A stretch of DNA of 63,692 bases, counting the filler, from Basidiobolus ranarum (Eukaryota), in assembly GCA_040143965.1 (NCBI GenBank). It is 13 parts of 13 records of this genome, joined end to end, with 100 filler letters (N's around TTAATTAATTAA, not from the genome) between each part and the next. Parts side by side here need not be neighbours in the genome. Positions count along the whole stretch, not along the records: positions 24,610 to 29,419 come from JASJQH010008697.1; positions 29,520 to 34,323 come from JASJQH010008698.1; positions 34,424 to 39,221 come from JASJQH010008699.1; 10 more parts are not named here. The stretch is one strand, 5' to 3'. The notes under the pieces were generated by a model. That model had not been told where the DNA came from. It ran no database searches and worked only from the letters and a program-made list of their open reading frames with translations. Both the position numbers and the translations under genes were made by a program. Positions 24,610 through 38,250 of this stretch are shown piece by piece. Positions within the stretch are counted from its first letter, which is position 1. Every line of letters begins with the position of its first letter.

Positions 24610-26799
24610 CGCAGGTTAAATTAAGGCCAAGAGAACCGCACTTCAAAGAAATGAGCAACACCGTAGTTTCAGGGTCGGATTTCAACTGCTCAAGACTCTG
24701 CTCGCGAAGTTTATTAACCATGGAACCGTCATAGCGACAGAACTTGAATCCTTCTTTTCTCAGTGGTTCCTCGACAAGATCCAGCATTGACGTAAATTGA
24801 GAAAATATGATGGTTTTGTAGCTTGGATTCTCCTCCCGGGTTTTCTTTAAAATCTCCATCATTTTATGAATTTTAGTTGAACAAAAGTCGCCGTCTAGGT
24901 GTTGCTTTTCCACTTGATTCTTGATAGTTGCAGCGCAGTCTGAGCATTGTGTATCGGCAGGATTCTTTAGAAGCACAAGGCACGTGGCGCATTTCTTGGC
25001 GGGTTTATTCAGCTTCATACCACTGAGAAGACTAGCCAAGTCGTCCAGTTGTTCATCTTCTGGTTCTGGAGCTGGTATAGGATCTAGTGAGTCCATATCA
25101 ATATCGACAGCGCCCCTTACCAGCTCGGGATGGTTGCAGGCCTGGCGAAGTCGGAGCAGCAAACAAAGAATGTTTGTGTATTGACGGTTGGCACTACCTT
25201 GATCCAAAATATCTTGGAAGCGATTCTGCATCTGGCCTTCCAATATTTCATAGAACCGGCGTTCTATCGGACTGAATGGTATGGTAGAAATTTCCACTTT
25301 TCTCTCTGGTAACTTGAGCAAACGCTGCCCATCGAGCATGGTGGTTTTTGTCCGACGAAGCATGATAGCCTTGAGGATCACTTGCAGACGCTTAATGGCA
25401 GTTTGTTCTCTACCCTGTTGAAGAGGGCGTGTGATTTGGTCACAAAATGTAGGATAATGTAAGTAAGGTTTTACTTGCAAGAAGTTCAGAAGAGAATAAA
25501 GCTCATCGACATTATTTTGAATTGGTGTTCCAGTCAAGCACCAACGTTTAATGCTACTTAACGAGGTGCATCCTTGAGCAGATCTGGTCGACTTATTTTT
25601 AATTGTTTGAGCCTCATCCAATACCACACGATACCACTTGACCTGATACAGAGGACCTGATATATCCTTGGAATCTTTGGAAAATTCGGATGCAATGACA
25701 TTGTAAGTAGTAATGACTACATCATATCGTTTGAGCTTAAGTGGATCCTTGGTCCTACTGGGGCCATGATGGATACAAACTGAAAAAGTGCCGGGTTTGA
25801 CTTTGCTTTTAATCTCACTTTCCCACTGTTTTATCAAAGCAAGAGGCCCGACAATGAGAGTGGTTTTAGTTTTTTCATCGGTAGGTGGCTTATTGGTAAG
25901 TAATAAAGCAAGTGTCTGAACGGTTTTACCCAAGCCCATATCATCCGCTAAAATGCCTCCATTATGCTTAGAATTTTCGCGGTCTACCATCCAAGCAACA
26001 CCTTTAACTTGATGTGCCATTAGAGTTACCAAAAGCTCTGGTGGATTCTCTATATTAGAATCAACACTCACTTCATCGGGAATGGTTTGGAAAAATTCTC
26101 GAATTTCGTCACGAGACTGCTTCACACCTACTGGTAATGATACGGGAGAGTGGTTAAAGCCATAACTCTTTGTTGGCATAAAATCAGGTGTTGGAGGAAG
26201 TGGTTGATCTATGAAGAGTTTTCGACTTTCTTTGATACCCTGAGCAGTTAATTTGCGTGCCCAAGTTGGACTATTAGGCGTGTGTAATTCGATAAAATTC
26301 GAGTTTTGCCCTGAGCTATTGACTTCATTATTTTTCTTTAATCTAGAAGCAGGAATCACCTCAGGGGGTGTACCACCGTTTATATTAATCGAGTTGGGAT
26401 ATCTGTGTTGTGGTCGAGGACGGAAACCACCTGTTAAAAATAAAGTTCAGTTCTATCCTCAAGGAAAATCGAATACTATAGACTTTGATACATACCAAGT
26501 TCAGGGGTTGTGCTCTTTTTACTACCTGGGGCCAGTTGGTTTGGTTTAGGGCCGCTGAAGTTATAGTTATACCGTGGCTTATGGGCCCTACCTCTCTCAA
26601 GTAAAGAAGGGGACCCAAAGGTGGGCATGTATGCTTTCTGCTTTTCACTCACGCTAGGTTCTGGATTGTTCATGTTGGAAGTACGAAATTTTTCCGCATA
26701 GAAGGGCTTACTATTTTCTTTTACAGAGTCCTCTCCTTCAGTTAGATCGATCACATGAGCCTCTGGAAGTTTAGGTTTGGGTAAATTGTAGGTACTCAT
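24610..26799 (-). CDS. SNF2-family ATPase, Ris1/Uls1/Rad5-like, 3'-truncated; intron 26495-26431
   Basis: GGILADDMGLGKT, VVLDEAQ, WCLTGTPIQN, LLRLRQACNHP, IIFSQF and ISLKCGSLGLNL. The intron joins the 26799 ORF in frame. Confidence 0.93.
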
Positions 26800-27321
26800 G
26801 GCAAAAGAGAAGAGTATGAAAGCAACGAACTTGTCAAACTATCGACATGTAGATAAATGTTTTATAATGATACTAGTTTGGTAAAAATCAGCCAATAAGA
26901 TGAAGAATCAAACCCTCAAGAAAACAAAACAACCTTCAAATGTATCTGTACCAACATTATCATTCACTTAAATCGTTTAATTGTTTAAGCTTGAAACGAG
27001 GAATTATTAGCAAATGAGTGTATCTAGGTCATCAAAAATTGAGTTTATTGATATTTCAATCACTAAAATTTGGCAAGGGGGAATAGTGATTGATCTTTGT
27101 TGACAGGAAATTTCTGATTTCAGGTTATTTCACGAAGCAGTATTGTGGGTATAGATATATAAGAATAGATATAAACGTTGGTACTCTTTAGGGACGAATC
27201 TGTAGCATAGCGAATTTAAACAAATATCGGTAGAACAAGCGTAATACCAAGAGAAGACGTGTGAACTCAATCATATCAATTTGAATCCTCTTAGCAGATT
27301 GACATTCTTAAAATCTCAGTC

Positions 27322-28671
27322 CTAGTAAACCCATATCCAAGCACTTAGTGTAGTAGCAAAGAAGAGGACAAAACTGAGTGAGGCGGGTCTCTCAGAAGCA
27401 GACATGACTAATCAAGCGTAATAAGATGAGTTTTAGATCTGAAAATTAACAAGATATACATTGTACTTACAATCCAGTGTTTTTTCCTGCTTTGGAGGTA
27501 TGGAATACAGGAGTTCAAAAACTTCCCCTTCATAGGTGCTTAGGTGACCTGGGAATACAGGTGCACTCTTTCCTACTTCGGTATAAACAAACAGACGGTA
27601 CATGCCTTCACTAACACCTTGAGGAATATTCCATGAGTAGATGCGGGTATTACTAGGTAAGTTATTGGCAACTGGAATGACTGAATTGTCAATCAGATTT
27701 CTAGCTTCAATATTCAGCAGCTGGGGAGGGATAATCAATCCAATGGGATTCCAAGACAAGTTAACCATTCCAGGAATTTGAATAGTTTGCCCGAGTGAAG
27801 GGGTGAAGAATTGAATCGTGGCAGGCGGGTTAACAAAATTAGCCTGTCCATTGTAAGTTGCACCTGGGGTATTTCCTTCAGTTGGTAAAAACTCACCATC
27901 TGAATAAATCGAGTGAGCTTTACGTACTAATGACTATGAAGAACACAAGAAAATTACCTTCCGGCTCCGGCTCATCCGGAACAGACTCTGTCTCGTCTTC
28001 AGGAGGAAATGGTAAGGTCTCATCAGGTTGAAATCCTGGGGGTGTTTGACTTCTGTCATCAGTGGTTGGATCCATAAGTGAAGTACCTAGATAGTCGTGT
28101 AAAAATAGTTAAGAGGGTAGCTTTCATATATTAGAACGCGACTAGTATTACTTGGTGCGTTGTTGGGTGGATTATTTTCAACGGTGGGAGCTAATTATAA
28201 ATCATTAGATCTGCAAACTATCAAACAAAAAAAGGATGATCTAATGTTTAAAGGATATTTACAAATTTCCTCCAATTTCTGGTTGCCTTCTTGGATGCCT
28301 GTTTGAGCAATGTCTGGGCCTTGAGGGTTTAGATCGCTTGGGTTTCCTATATTATCATTTGTTAGTCTTTCTCGTCTCGTTAGAATCGGGCAAGGATTCA
28401 TCTAACCTTGGTTATTTTCACTCTCTTGATTATTGTTAGTTGGTGTTAACGGTACTTCTGAATATTGAAAAAGCGTTTAGAATGGCCCAAGGTTGAAGAG
28501 CGAATCTTGCAAATTACCTGGAACCCTATTAAAATCGGACTCCTGAGCGTCCACTAATGTACTTGGATTATCTTGAGCAAAACCTTGACTCTGGGCCTGA
28601 GATAATGTCGATAACACAAGAGAGGAACATAAAATAACTAAACCGATATTGCGTTTGTAATAGGCAATCAT
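27322..28671 (-). CDS. Secreted, probably GPI-anchored protein with a Kre9/KNH-N-like domain, multi-exon
   Basis: Signal peptide, low-complexity N/P/Q exons, VNLSW..YSWNIP..GMYRLFVY domain and a hydrophobic tail ASLSFVLFFATTLSAWIWVY*. Confidence 0.7.
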
Positions 28672-29519
28672 AGTAGTTGGTTGAATAGATCCCTAGAAGT
28701 ACTTTTGAAAATTTAGTTTTATGAGGGATATGCTCGTTTGGTATTCAAAAGAAAGAGTACTGTAAGCTCTAAGGTTCCAGGTTCTGACTTTTATACTCGT
28801 AGTATTCAGTAAATGCTTAGAGAGTAAGAGTTGTTTGGGTATGTTATGGTTTTGTGGGGTCGAGACATGGTATCAAATCCGCACAATCGCACATTAGATA
28901 GTGTTTGCTCACTCTATGATGCCAACTCCTCAAAATCCGTGTTTACCATAAGTGGCCCACTGAGTATGTATTTGAACGTAGCCATACATTGTGTCCAGGC
29001 CAAGAAGCATGTACAAAGGCTGCGTCTTCTAGATTATAGTAGTTTCATGTGGAAAATTATGGATTTGTAAAATGGCATTATGCAGCGCTCTAACGATATA
29101 CCCTCAGGTTGTTGATGTTAATAGAAAACGAAACCGATCACACCATACCAATTTTGAGCCCAAACCTTCGCTTCACATCGAAAATTACCCATTGTGAACT
29201 AAGATGATACTAGAAAGTAATTTATGAAAATCCAAGTCAATAAATTGCAAGTTGATCTACATTGAGCTTATGAAGCTCATCATGGCCATCACAACTCATT
29301 ATAATGTACATAAGAATTCTCCGAATTGGAATCATAAATGGAGACGACACTTAGGCTTCAGTTCGATTTACTAGGTCTTGTAAAATCAGAGTAGGGTTGT
29401 CGTTCTGGTTACTTCTAACNNNNNNNNNNNNNNNNNNNNNNNNNNNNNNNNNNNNNNNNNNNNTTAATTAATTAANNNNNNNNNNNNNNNNNNNNNNNNN
29501 NNNNNNNNNNNNNNNNNNN

Positions 29520-31497
29520 GACCTTCCACCTGTTGGCCACTCATGAATGGGCATTTGGCTATTTCTTCCTGTTCAGATGTTATTTTTATGTCTACTTCGA
29601 CGTTATCGGTACCTGTGTTTGATTTAGCAAAAACTAATCCAGTAACTGGACATTGGGACAATACACTTTGCCCGATCTTATTTTCAACCAACGAGTCCTC
29701 ACTCTCTTCATCTACTTCCAAGTCCTCTTCTTCCTCTTCGCTTTCGCCAAGTTGATTGATATGCTCAAAGTCCAACTCTTCTCCCTCAGCCTCAGTTAGC
29801 TGAGTGAAAAATGTGTCAATATATTCGCTAGTAACTTCTTCCAAAGTTGCAGGTGTCCAATTTCTAGGACTGCTCTCCTTAGATTCATCAATGACGTTTT
29901 TGTAGTCTACAGTGTTCTGGAATTTAATAGCTATACGGTACTCCAGTTTGAGGCACTCCTCGAATGAAAGAGATGATGCGTCAGAAATAGCTTTGAATAC
30001 AATCTAAGAATTCAAGCAAGAATTAGACGGGTAACAAATAAAGCTAGATGAATCTCAAGGAAGTTTACCTTCAGGAACGTGGGTGATTGAGATCTTAAAT
30101 ATGAGGTTATTTTCTTGGCCCATTCGTTATTGTACTTACTAAGACGAGTTAAAATGTCCTCAATCCCACTTACATTCTATATCCACATCATATTAGTATG
30201 CTAGTTGTACGAATACTAAAGAATTACTTCAAAAACTTACTGAAAAGCAGTCTTCAATTTCATCTTTCCAGACTTCGATTAGTGAAGGACCGGGATACGT
30301 ATTTTGTGGTTGATAAGTAACCTTTATCGCCTGTCTGGTATGTGGTGGAGGACAACCAGCAACAGCTTTGATACTTTCAAGTAGATCTTGCGATTTACCA
30401 CTTGGGATGAAGCAATCTCCTAATAATAATTTGATCATATCTGGACCACGAATTATGTAATCCGGGCAAAGGGCGACATACAGCGCTACACCCTTGGGCA
30501 TCTGTTTTTCGGGAGTTATTGCTTGGTTCTTGTTCTCATCTACTTGGCCCATATGAGCAAGAATATACAATCCGGCTACAGGGTTAGATAACATAGAAGC
30601 AGGATCATCAGACAAAGAAAAAGTCACTCGGGCATGTTCAGTAATTAGCTTATCAGTACATAGCCAGGGCAAATAAATGGCATTGCGGTCTACCAGGCCG
30701 TTGACTAAAGATACCGTTGGTTTTGTTTCACCGAGTTTATAAAGTCGATAAGCCATTTTAAGATATAACTGAAGGTCTAGCTCTGGTTTAGAGCTATACT
30801 TCAATCCATTACAGAAATATCGGTCATCTTTAGTAGTGATAAGTTGTGAGGGGTCTTTAACAACATCTGTTCCGCCACAATTTGCATCAAGAATGAAGGC
30901 TGTAATCTTATCTTCGGCAGAATATTCACTGAAATTTTGATGAAGTTTGGCAAGGCTTGTTCTTTTCAACGCATTATGAGTACGAGCCGAAGATAAAGAA
31001 AGTTGAACAGGCCCCTCTCTATCTTGGGAATTTTCGGTAATAAAGGAAGAGCTTGTAGCTTCAGCGGTACCTAAATTGGGTATATATTAGATAAATGGCA
31101 AAAGGACAAGGACATATATAGATCATACGTTGTGTTCCTTTGTTCTGCCACATATGAGCAAACGGACACTTTGGAGCGCTATCTTTGCTCTTCTCCTCAG
31201 ACCATGCCAAGTAATCTGGGAAGCTAAAAGGTGAGATGAACCTAACAATTGCAAGTTGTAAGCAAAAAGAAACATGGAAGGCTAAAAAAAAGTGCCGTAC
31301 TTGCTATAGAAGAAACCCTTTGCTTTTAGCAATTCTCTGTCATAAACTTCTTTGTCAAGCCTAGAGCCGAACTTTGATAATCGACTTAGGATACTTGGTA
31401 GGCCGGCTTGGAATTTTCTATCCTTCGCGAAATCATACTGTTCAAAGTTCAAGAAGGTCTCTTCAGAACTCGTTGTATTCTGTTGCAATGTACTCAT
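29520..31497 (-). CDS. Fusion of a DUF5572-like N-terminus, a degenerate HIBCH/crotonase (ECH_2)-like domain and an acidic tail, with three CP motifs; 3'-truncated
   Basis: FEQYDFAKDRKFQAGL..LLKAKGFFYSK..DYLAW; HNAL..YFCNG..KPTVSLVNG..IRGPDM..EIEDCFS..QSPTFLK..SFEECLKLEY..NWTPATLEEVT. About 5 exons with GT-AG introns. Confidence 0.8.
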
Positions 31498-33389
31498 TGG
31501 AAGACTAAGCTTACAGGGAAGTGGCTAGTCGAAAAAGGTTGGGGAAAGGTGAATTTAAAGTTTACTAATCAAGTGGCACTCAATGCTGCGTCTTCATCTC
31601 GTCAATTAACTTTGAGATATGTTGATATTTCCAAATCAGGAATCAACTGATTATCAATTTTTGAACTGAAACATTTGTTAAGATTTTGACTTTGTGTAAT
31701 TATCATGGCTTTCAACTTCTGGTTCTCCAGATATGAATCTGGTTGGAGACTATCTGTAATATTCTCAGTTCTCTAGCCTCTAGCGTATCTTGAGATTTCT
31801 TTATTTGCTAAATAGCTGACGGGGGATTTGGAGATGAGCTGTTGTAGCACTCATTTCCACTATTTCTTGATATCTCAGCCATATTCGCCGCAATCGGCAA
31901 TTCATATTCCGTGCATGACCTTGAACTGCTTGCTACTAGTGAAATCCACCGACTTCGCCACAATCACGGATCTTTGATTATTTCAAACTTTAATGAGCAT
32001 GAGAGCAGTCACCTCGTCTCCTCTTAATTGCAGACGGTATATTGGAAATACTGCGAGCAGTCTTGGGATATTTTAACTGTTGACGAAGGCCTTGAAATTA
32101 GCCTTTTATAGTATATAGATGTCTACATTCACTGCGAATTTTGCATAGCAATGTGAGTGACTATTAGTGCGAGTATGGGTACCAGTACATGACTGAAGTG
32201 GTATCCTGATAATTGCTCATCTGATACTAAAGCATTGGAAATGGCAATTTTGAGTCGGATTCACGAGGACGTGACCCCTAACACTATCATGTGCCGATCT
32301 CCACTTAGCATGGATAATCTCAATATTTCTGGCTGATGTAATGGTCGCACCTATGATTGGTGAGGAGGGGCTATGGAGGCTATTGTGTACCAAATGTAAT
32401 CTGAATAATACGCAGCAAACCAATTGGATGATTTTGTGATAGAGGGCGTCGTATTAAAACAGTGAGCATACAGTTGACTTGGAAAGCTGACTTGCCATGC
32501 AGTAAATGTTGTCAGTATTCCAATAAATAAACAGATTACCTATATGCCAATACCTTAGAGAGTTCTCCCTAATCAATCTCAAGCCGCATTCTCAGTTACC
32601 CTGAGCATTTGAGGCATACCTAACATCACATGCAAAGGTGTACTTTCTATCTCACAAAGATACACAAGATCATGCTGAGTATTATACAATGCAGGCTGGC
32701 ATTTGGTGCGTTGCATTACCCAAAAGATGGATACTGATTTGAAGATGTAGAGAGTAGTTGCACCTTTGATTTGCAGAGGATTGCCAATGAACGACGAGGT
32801 CTATTAGACACAGCACCCGGCACATCTTGGACATACTTGCCTTGTCAATGCAATATTGGTATAGAGACTTACTTTTTAATTGAATAGAGATGGATGTAAT
32901 CTTTGATTGTATCCACCAGTAGAAATGATTTCGACTAGCGCACTGTATTTTTCTTAGTAATAGACTAAAATAGGTACCGGGTACAAGCAAGCTCCGGTTC
33001 GGAAAATTCACCCACTGCTGAGGAAGTAATATAGGGTCTTTTAATTTCAGTGACTCTCGAATAGCTGATGTCAATTTAGATTAGCATCGACTTCAAAAGT
33101 GTTACTTCTTTTTTTCGATGTCTAAATATAGGCAACTGTTGACAAATAGCTATGCTCCTCGATTCCATTTATAATAACAGAAGTAACTTGCCAGAAAATT
33201 TGGAGGGTACGTGGTAAATAGGAGAGAAAAAGAGGGACCAGACATGTAGAGATATGAACAAAAAAATCACACCGACTCTTTCCCTTAGCTTTGCTTCGGT
33301 ACTACAAAAGAACTATAACGAACTACTTGACATATATGTACTATATTCTACTAGAGCTCTAGAGATATTTTTGCCAGCCTTTATTTGTT

Positions 33390-34323
33390 ATGTCTTATTT
33401 TCCTTATTCACTGAAAGACAACTATGCCTCTAGCTCCTCTGACGTTGTCGCTCTCGACTTAGAGCATCCTGCTACTTCAAGAGCAACTAGCATTAGACCT
33501 GCTACTAGAACTCTTCACCTTGACCAAATTCCTACTCCACCTACTTCCCCATACAGCAATTATCATCTTGATCAGTATGCTCAGCAACAAGTGTATGCTG
33601 ATAAAAGTACTCGCTTGCTAGGTTTGATTCGTAGCGCGCAGGGAGTAGTGGAAGATCTACGCTGTACAAACCAAAATCGTTGGACTATTCAGTATCCTTG
33701 GTCTACTAGTGAAAGTCAAAAGCACCCAATTAGACGCAATCAAACCCATAAAGAAGATTCTGACTCAGGGGTAATGCCTGTTCCACTTCGTAGAACACTC
33801 TCGCATTCCTCTCCTGATATTTCGACTATTCCCACGGACAAAACCGAGTCAGCCCTTAATATATTGAAACTCGACATCAAACTTGGAACTCAAGCTTCCT
33901 TTGACGTTGTAAGTAGCTTAGAGGAGGCATCTATTGCAAAGCTTTTAGACGAACGTTTCAGTCATACATTGAATCACTTGAGAAAGCTTCATGCCAGAGT
34001 ATCTGATACTACCTCAAAAATGTTAGTTACCGGCGATTTAAATGCCGGTAAGAGCACTCTTGTAAATGCACTCTTGAAAAGAAATGTAGTTCCTGCAGAT
34101 CAACAGCCATGTACTTCACTTTTTTGCGAAGTTTAGGATGCTGAAATGAATAGCGTTACTGAGGAAGTGCACGGCATTGTTGATGCTTCCAAATATGATA
34201 GAAACGATCCATCTACATATACTAGAATCGATCTGAGACATCTGGAGAACACTGTTCTTGATAACTATGAAACCTACACCATGCTTAAAGTCTACTGCAC
34301 CGATAGACGTGAGGCCAAGGAAC
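33390..34323 (+). CDS. fzo1: Mitofusin (dynamin-like GTPase), 3'-truncated, in-frame TAG at 34134-34136
   Basis: LNILKLDIKLG..SIAKLLD..RVSDTTSKMLVTGDLNAGKSTLVNALL..PADQQPCTSLFCEV*DAE..EEVH. The frame continues after the stop. Confidence 0.88.
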
Positions 34324-36499
34324 NNNNNNNNNNNNNNNNNNNNNNNNNNNNNNNNNNNNNNNNNNNNTTAATTAATTAANNNNNNNNNNNNNNNNNNNNN
34401 NNNNNNNNNNNNNNNNNNNNNNNATTATGCCTCAATAATTGATCACAAGGTAAATATATATATATATATATATTTGATGTACTATACAATTTTGGATATC
34501 TTATATAGTTAGATTTACCAATACTTTGTTCAAAGCAGGTTTGTTTTAAAGGATCACTGTAGTGATGAAATCAATTATTTACTCATATAATGCAAAGTCT
34601 TGTTTCTGAAGCATTTTTTCTTGTCCAAGTTTATCAATTTTCATCAGTTTTCCTTGGATTAATCCAGCTACTTTCATTGTGGTTAGGTCAAGACAATGGC
34701 CTATGAAAGCATTTTAATTCTCACTAACAAACACATCTTCAAATATATGGACTGGTATCCTGTCCTCATATACAAAGTATTCCACAGCAAAACTGCAGTT
34801 TGAGACTAGAATTTTAACCACCATTTTTTTGGGACTAAAATTGTGCACATTGCCTTTTAATTGGATCATCTTCATTCCTGGTAAAGAGTGATAAGATAAC
34901 TCATCTTTATGAGAAAGGGTTACTGAGTTTATTCATATCATCATATCAACTAGAGTGTAAATATGCTGATTTGATAATTCTGGAAAAGTGAATTCTATGT
35001 AATATGCCATGTACATACATCCATTAACACACAAGTGGCAGTGATTTGTGTTGTGTACAAGAGAACAGTGATAAGAAGTCTTGAACTTCACTGAACCAAG
35101 GTGACTGTTAAGTGCAAAATCATTTAACAATTTAAAGAAGTGATGTTTGCTAGGCTGCTAGGCTTGATATTGTTTAGGTGCTAGTTAATACTAGGCTTAG
35201 GAGTAAAGACTAGAGTGAGAATGTAACATTTCTGGAGATACACCAGGCAGGTACCTGGGCAAAAATAAAATTGATGTGGATTGGATCCACCCTCCCTGAT
35301 AGCAATCTCATAAGAGAACCATCACAAAATTGTCAGCTGATATTTTGCCAGATTCACTTATGGTCTACATATGCCATCTTAATGGTATGAGAGCACCAAT
35401 GATTTTTTTTGGAGCATCATTGCACTACAAGTATGTTCCATAGGGAGTGCCCACAATTGCTCAATATTGTGAAAGATGTAGTAGGGTGTATATGGAATAC
35501 TGGCCTCAATTGTTATATCTTCCCTAAATCTGTAATAAAGTTTTTTGTATCTAATTACAAAATCTGTGCAATGCCACAATATCTGGCTCAGACCTGCCAA
35601 TGTGGGTAACAAGTACTATAGAGTTGAACTCTATGCAATCACATTATTGCAAAAGGTACCAATAAGTCTGTCTTTGTTAGCTTGAGGAAGAAGAATTCAG
35701 AAAAAAATGAAAGTAGAAGTAACTTAGATTTCAATTATCAAGAGCAGCATGATGCCTTCCCAACAAGCATGAAACCACAAGATTCAAAAATGGCTAAGCA
35801 ACAGCTTTCTAAAGGATCAAGAATCACTCTGATTGGACTAATATTGGGCAAGGCAGGGTCAAATTTAAAGCAAACAATATCTCTGGCATAAGGATAAAAA
35901 ATCAGCCAAGCCACTATTTTACGCAAAGTTTAGCACTCATAATTGGCAATATCTTGGGATATACCCAATGCAAAGAGCTGAAAATTTGCACATGCATTAA
36001 TCATAAAACTTTGCTGATGTGTGCAAAAGTTCAAAGCTGCAGATGATGTAATTACAATTTTACCACTGATTTTTTATTTTTAAGCCACCAGTCTCATAAT
36101 TGATTTGCTAGAAAGCAATTAAGCTTTTGTAGACATTCCTGATCTTCCTTTTTGGCTCAAGAGAACTTCTTCCCAACAAGTGTCCCAATAATTTCTACTG
36201 TTGCCTTCCCCTTTAACACTTTCCCTTCTTTAATGCCAAGATATTCTTCTTGTCTGAACAGAAAGATAATAATGGCTCATATTGTAACTCTAGGAATGTT
36301 TTTAAAACTGCAAAAGTATTGCAATACTAAATCTCTTAGAACTCTCATTTATTCCACACTGAGATTAAATCTCTTTTGTCTAAATCCTTGTTTATAGTTT
36401 CAAAGAAGTGATTCTGTTCTTCACTAAGTTCAAAGCATTAACTTAGGGATAGCACAAAGATAGCTACAATTATTATATGGATTATTTTAAACACTTGCC

Positions 36500-38250
36500 G
36501 TACATCCTTACATCTCTCTATTTTAAAGGCACACTGTAAAATTGTCTTTAACAGTTTCTTTTAGTGAAGAACATATCTTCTTACTGATAACTTTAAGCTT
36601 CCAGTAAATATAAATTTTGGTTAGTTGAAGATTTGTAGTGGAATATTAGTCATTTCCATTATAAACATTGATAACACACCCCCAGTCCACATTGCAGCAC
36701 TTAATAATATAATCATGTAGCTTGGTGTTGTGCTTGGATAGTAGTAACAAGTATGCTTGCTATGGTAAACATCATGGCTGTGACAGAATATATAGCAAGA
36801 TAATACATTATGCTCACAAAAACCTCCAAGTTTACTAATAGCATGAGTATCACCAATATATACAATACTTTTAGCTTTGACAAAATATTGACCTATATTA
36901 ACTCCATCAGATACCCATTCAAATTCAGCAAGCAACAGCTCCAAAAAGCTATAAATGATCACAGTTGCTCTTGGTCTAGATATGCTCAATAATATCACAA
37001 TATTAATACTCTTATGTTATTCAAAAGGAGGAAGATTGTTGTTAGTTAGATTATTGGCCTGTATGCCTTTCTGTTAGTACATTTGCTTACTGAGAACCTT
37101 GTTAAAGTATTTAGGAGCCTGTTGGAAGTGGTTGGGAGAATGAGAGTAATTGGTGTTTTCATTTTTTGATTTATTGAGTAGAAAGTTGGCATTTATACTT
37201 TTGTCAAGATGTAAACAAGCTAGCATGTAAAATATGTTAAGGAAGGTCCCAGGAACATGTGAGAGAAGTTTGGGCTTCTAGCACAAGTTTGAAAAAATCT
37301 ACATATCCAAGAACTTCTAAGTTGGTAAACACATCCTATGTAAATTCTGTTTAAGAATATTGGGTAATATCTTAGTGAGATTTAAGACAACTTAATACTA
37401 AGCTATATATGATTATTTAGGTGCTAGGCAATGCTAATTTTAAAAACCCATCCAAAGCTAAGGCAAAAGCATGATCATATGTATTCTAAAAGAAAACTTG
37501 ACTTTCAAGATTTTGATACTGATATCCATCAAGCTTATCAGTAGTAGCGTCAGTTTTGTGATGAGTACCTTGGTATTGGATGATTGATCTGAATTTTGCC
37601 AATTTCATCAGAACTGTGAGACATGATATCAATGATACATGTGCCAATGGTGTACAATATTTACTTAACTGAGTGGTTACCAATTCTCTGCAAGTAGTGC
37701 ATGACTTTTGGTGCTTTAACTCACCAGTGAAAGCCAAACAACCATTGGGGCATGAAGGAAGTAACAGAAGGACTACATGTTGAATACTTGACAGGAGGTT
37801 TCCACTGGTCTCAGGTCTGTGGTAAGCAACAGCTCATAATTGGCAGTGATTGAAGTGTAAGAAAGCCAGTGAATGCCAGGTTGCTGAAATCAGATTTGAC
37901 ATGCCACACTTCAATAACTAAAACAGCTTCCTTGACTGTAAGAGTCATGAATGGACTTATGCTTGCTGCTAATAAAGATGGGTGAACAAACCCACTATCA
38001 CTATCCTCATTGGCTGCACTTGGATCAGAATCAGAAAAAAGTCAGTGCTGTGCATCTATGAGCATGTCTTCAGAATTTTCTGAACTTGCCTGTTCAACAG
38101 AACTAGCACTAATTGTAGAAAGATTGCACCTAGGTGACTGTGGCCACTCAATAATTATCTTGACTCTCAGAACAGTTACTGAAACTTTGAGGTAGTGTGT
38201 ATCTAATATACTCTGTGGTCAAGATCAAAGTGGTCTCTGAGTAACCACTC
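36500..38250 (-). mobile_element. Decayed CMC/EnSpm (tnp2-like) transposase, interrupted by a family C LTR
   Basis: CPNG..AFTGE..SCTTC, SFLELLLAEF..GV and GDTHAISKLGGFCEHN..C..C resemble fungal EnSpm transposase motifs. Confidence 0.7.
37100..37445 (-). repeat. Solo LTR, family C
   Basis: Reverse-complement match to the copia 3' LTR at 54218-54563. Confidence 0.85.

Noticed and set aside
28210-28262. ATATCCTTT on the minus strand in the GPI-protein gene as a second U12 donor
   Set aside because: It sits just inside a GTAA donor, and I see no CTTAAC branch or suitable AC acceptor.
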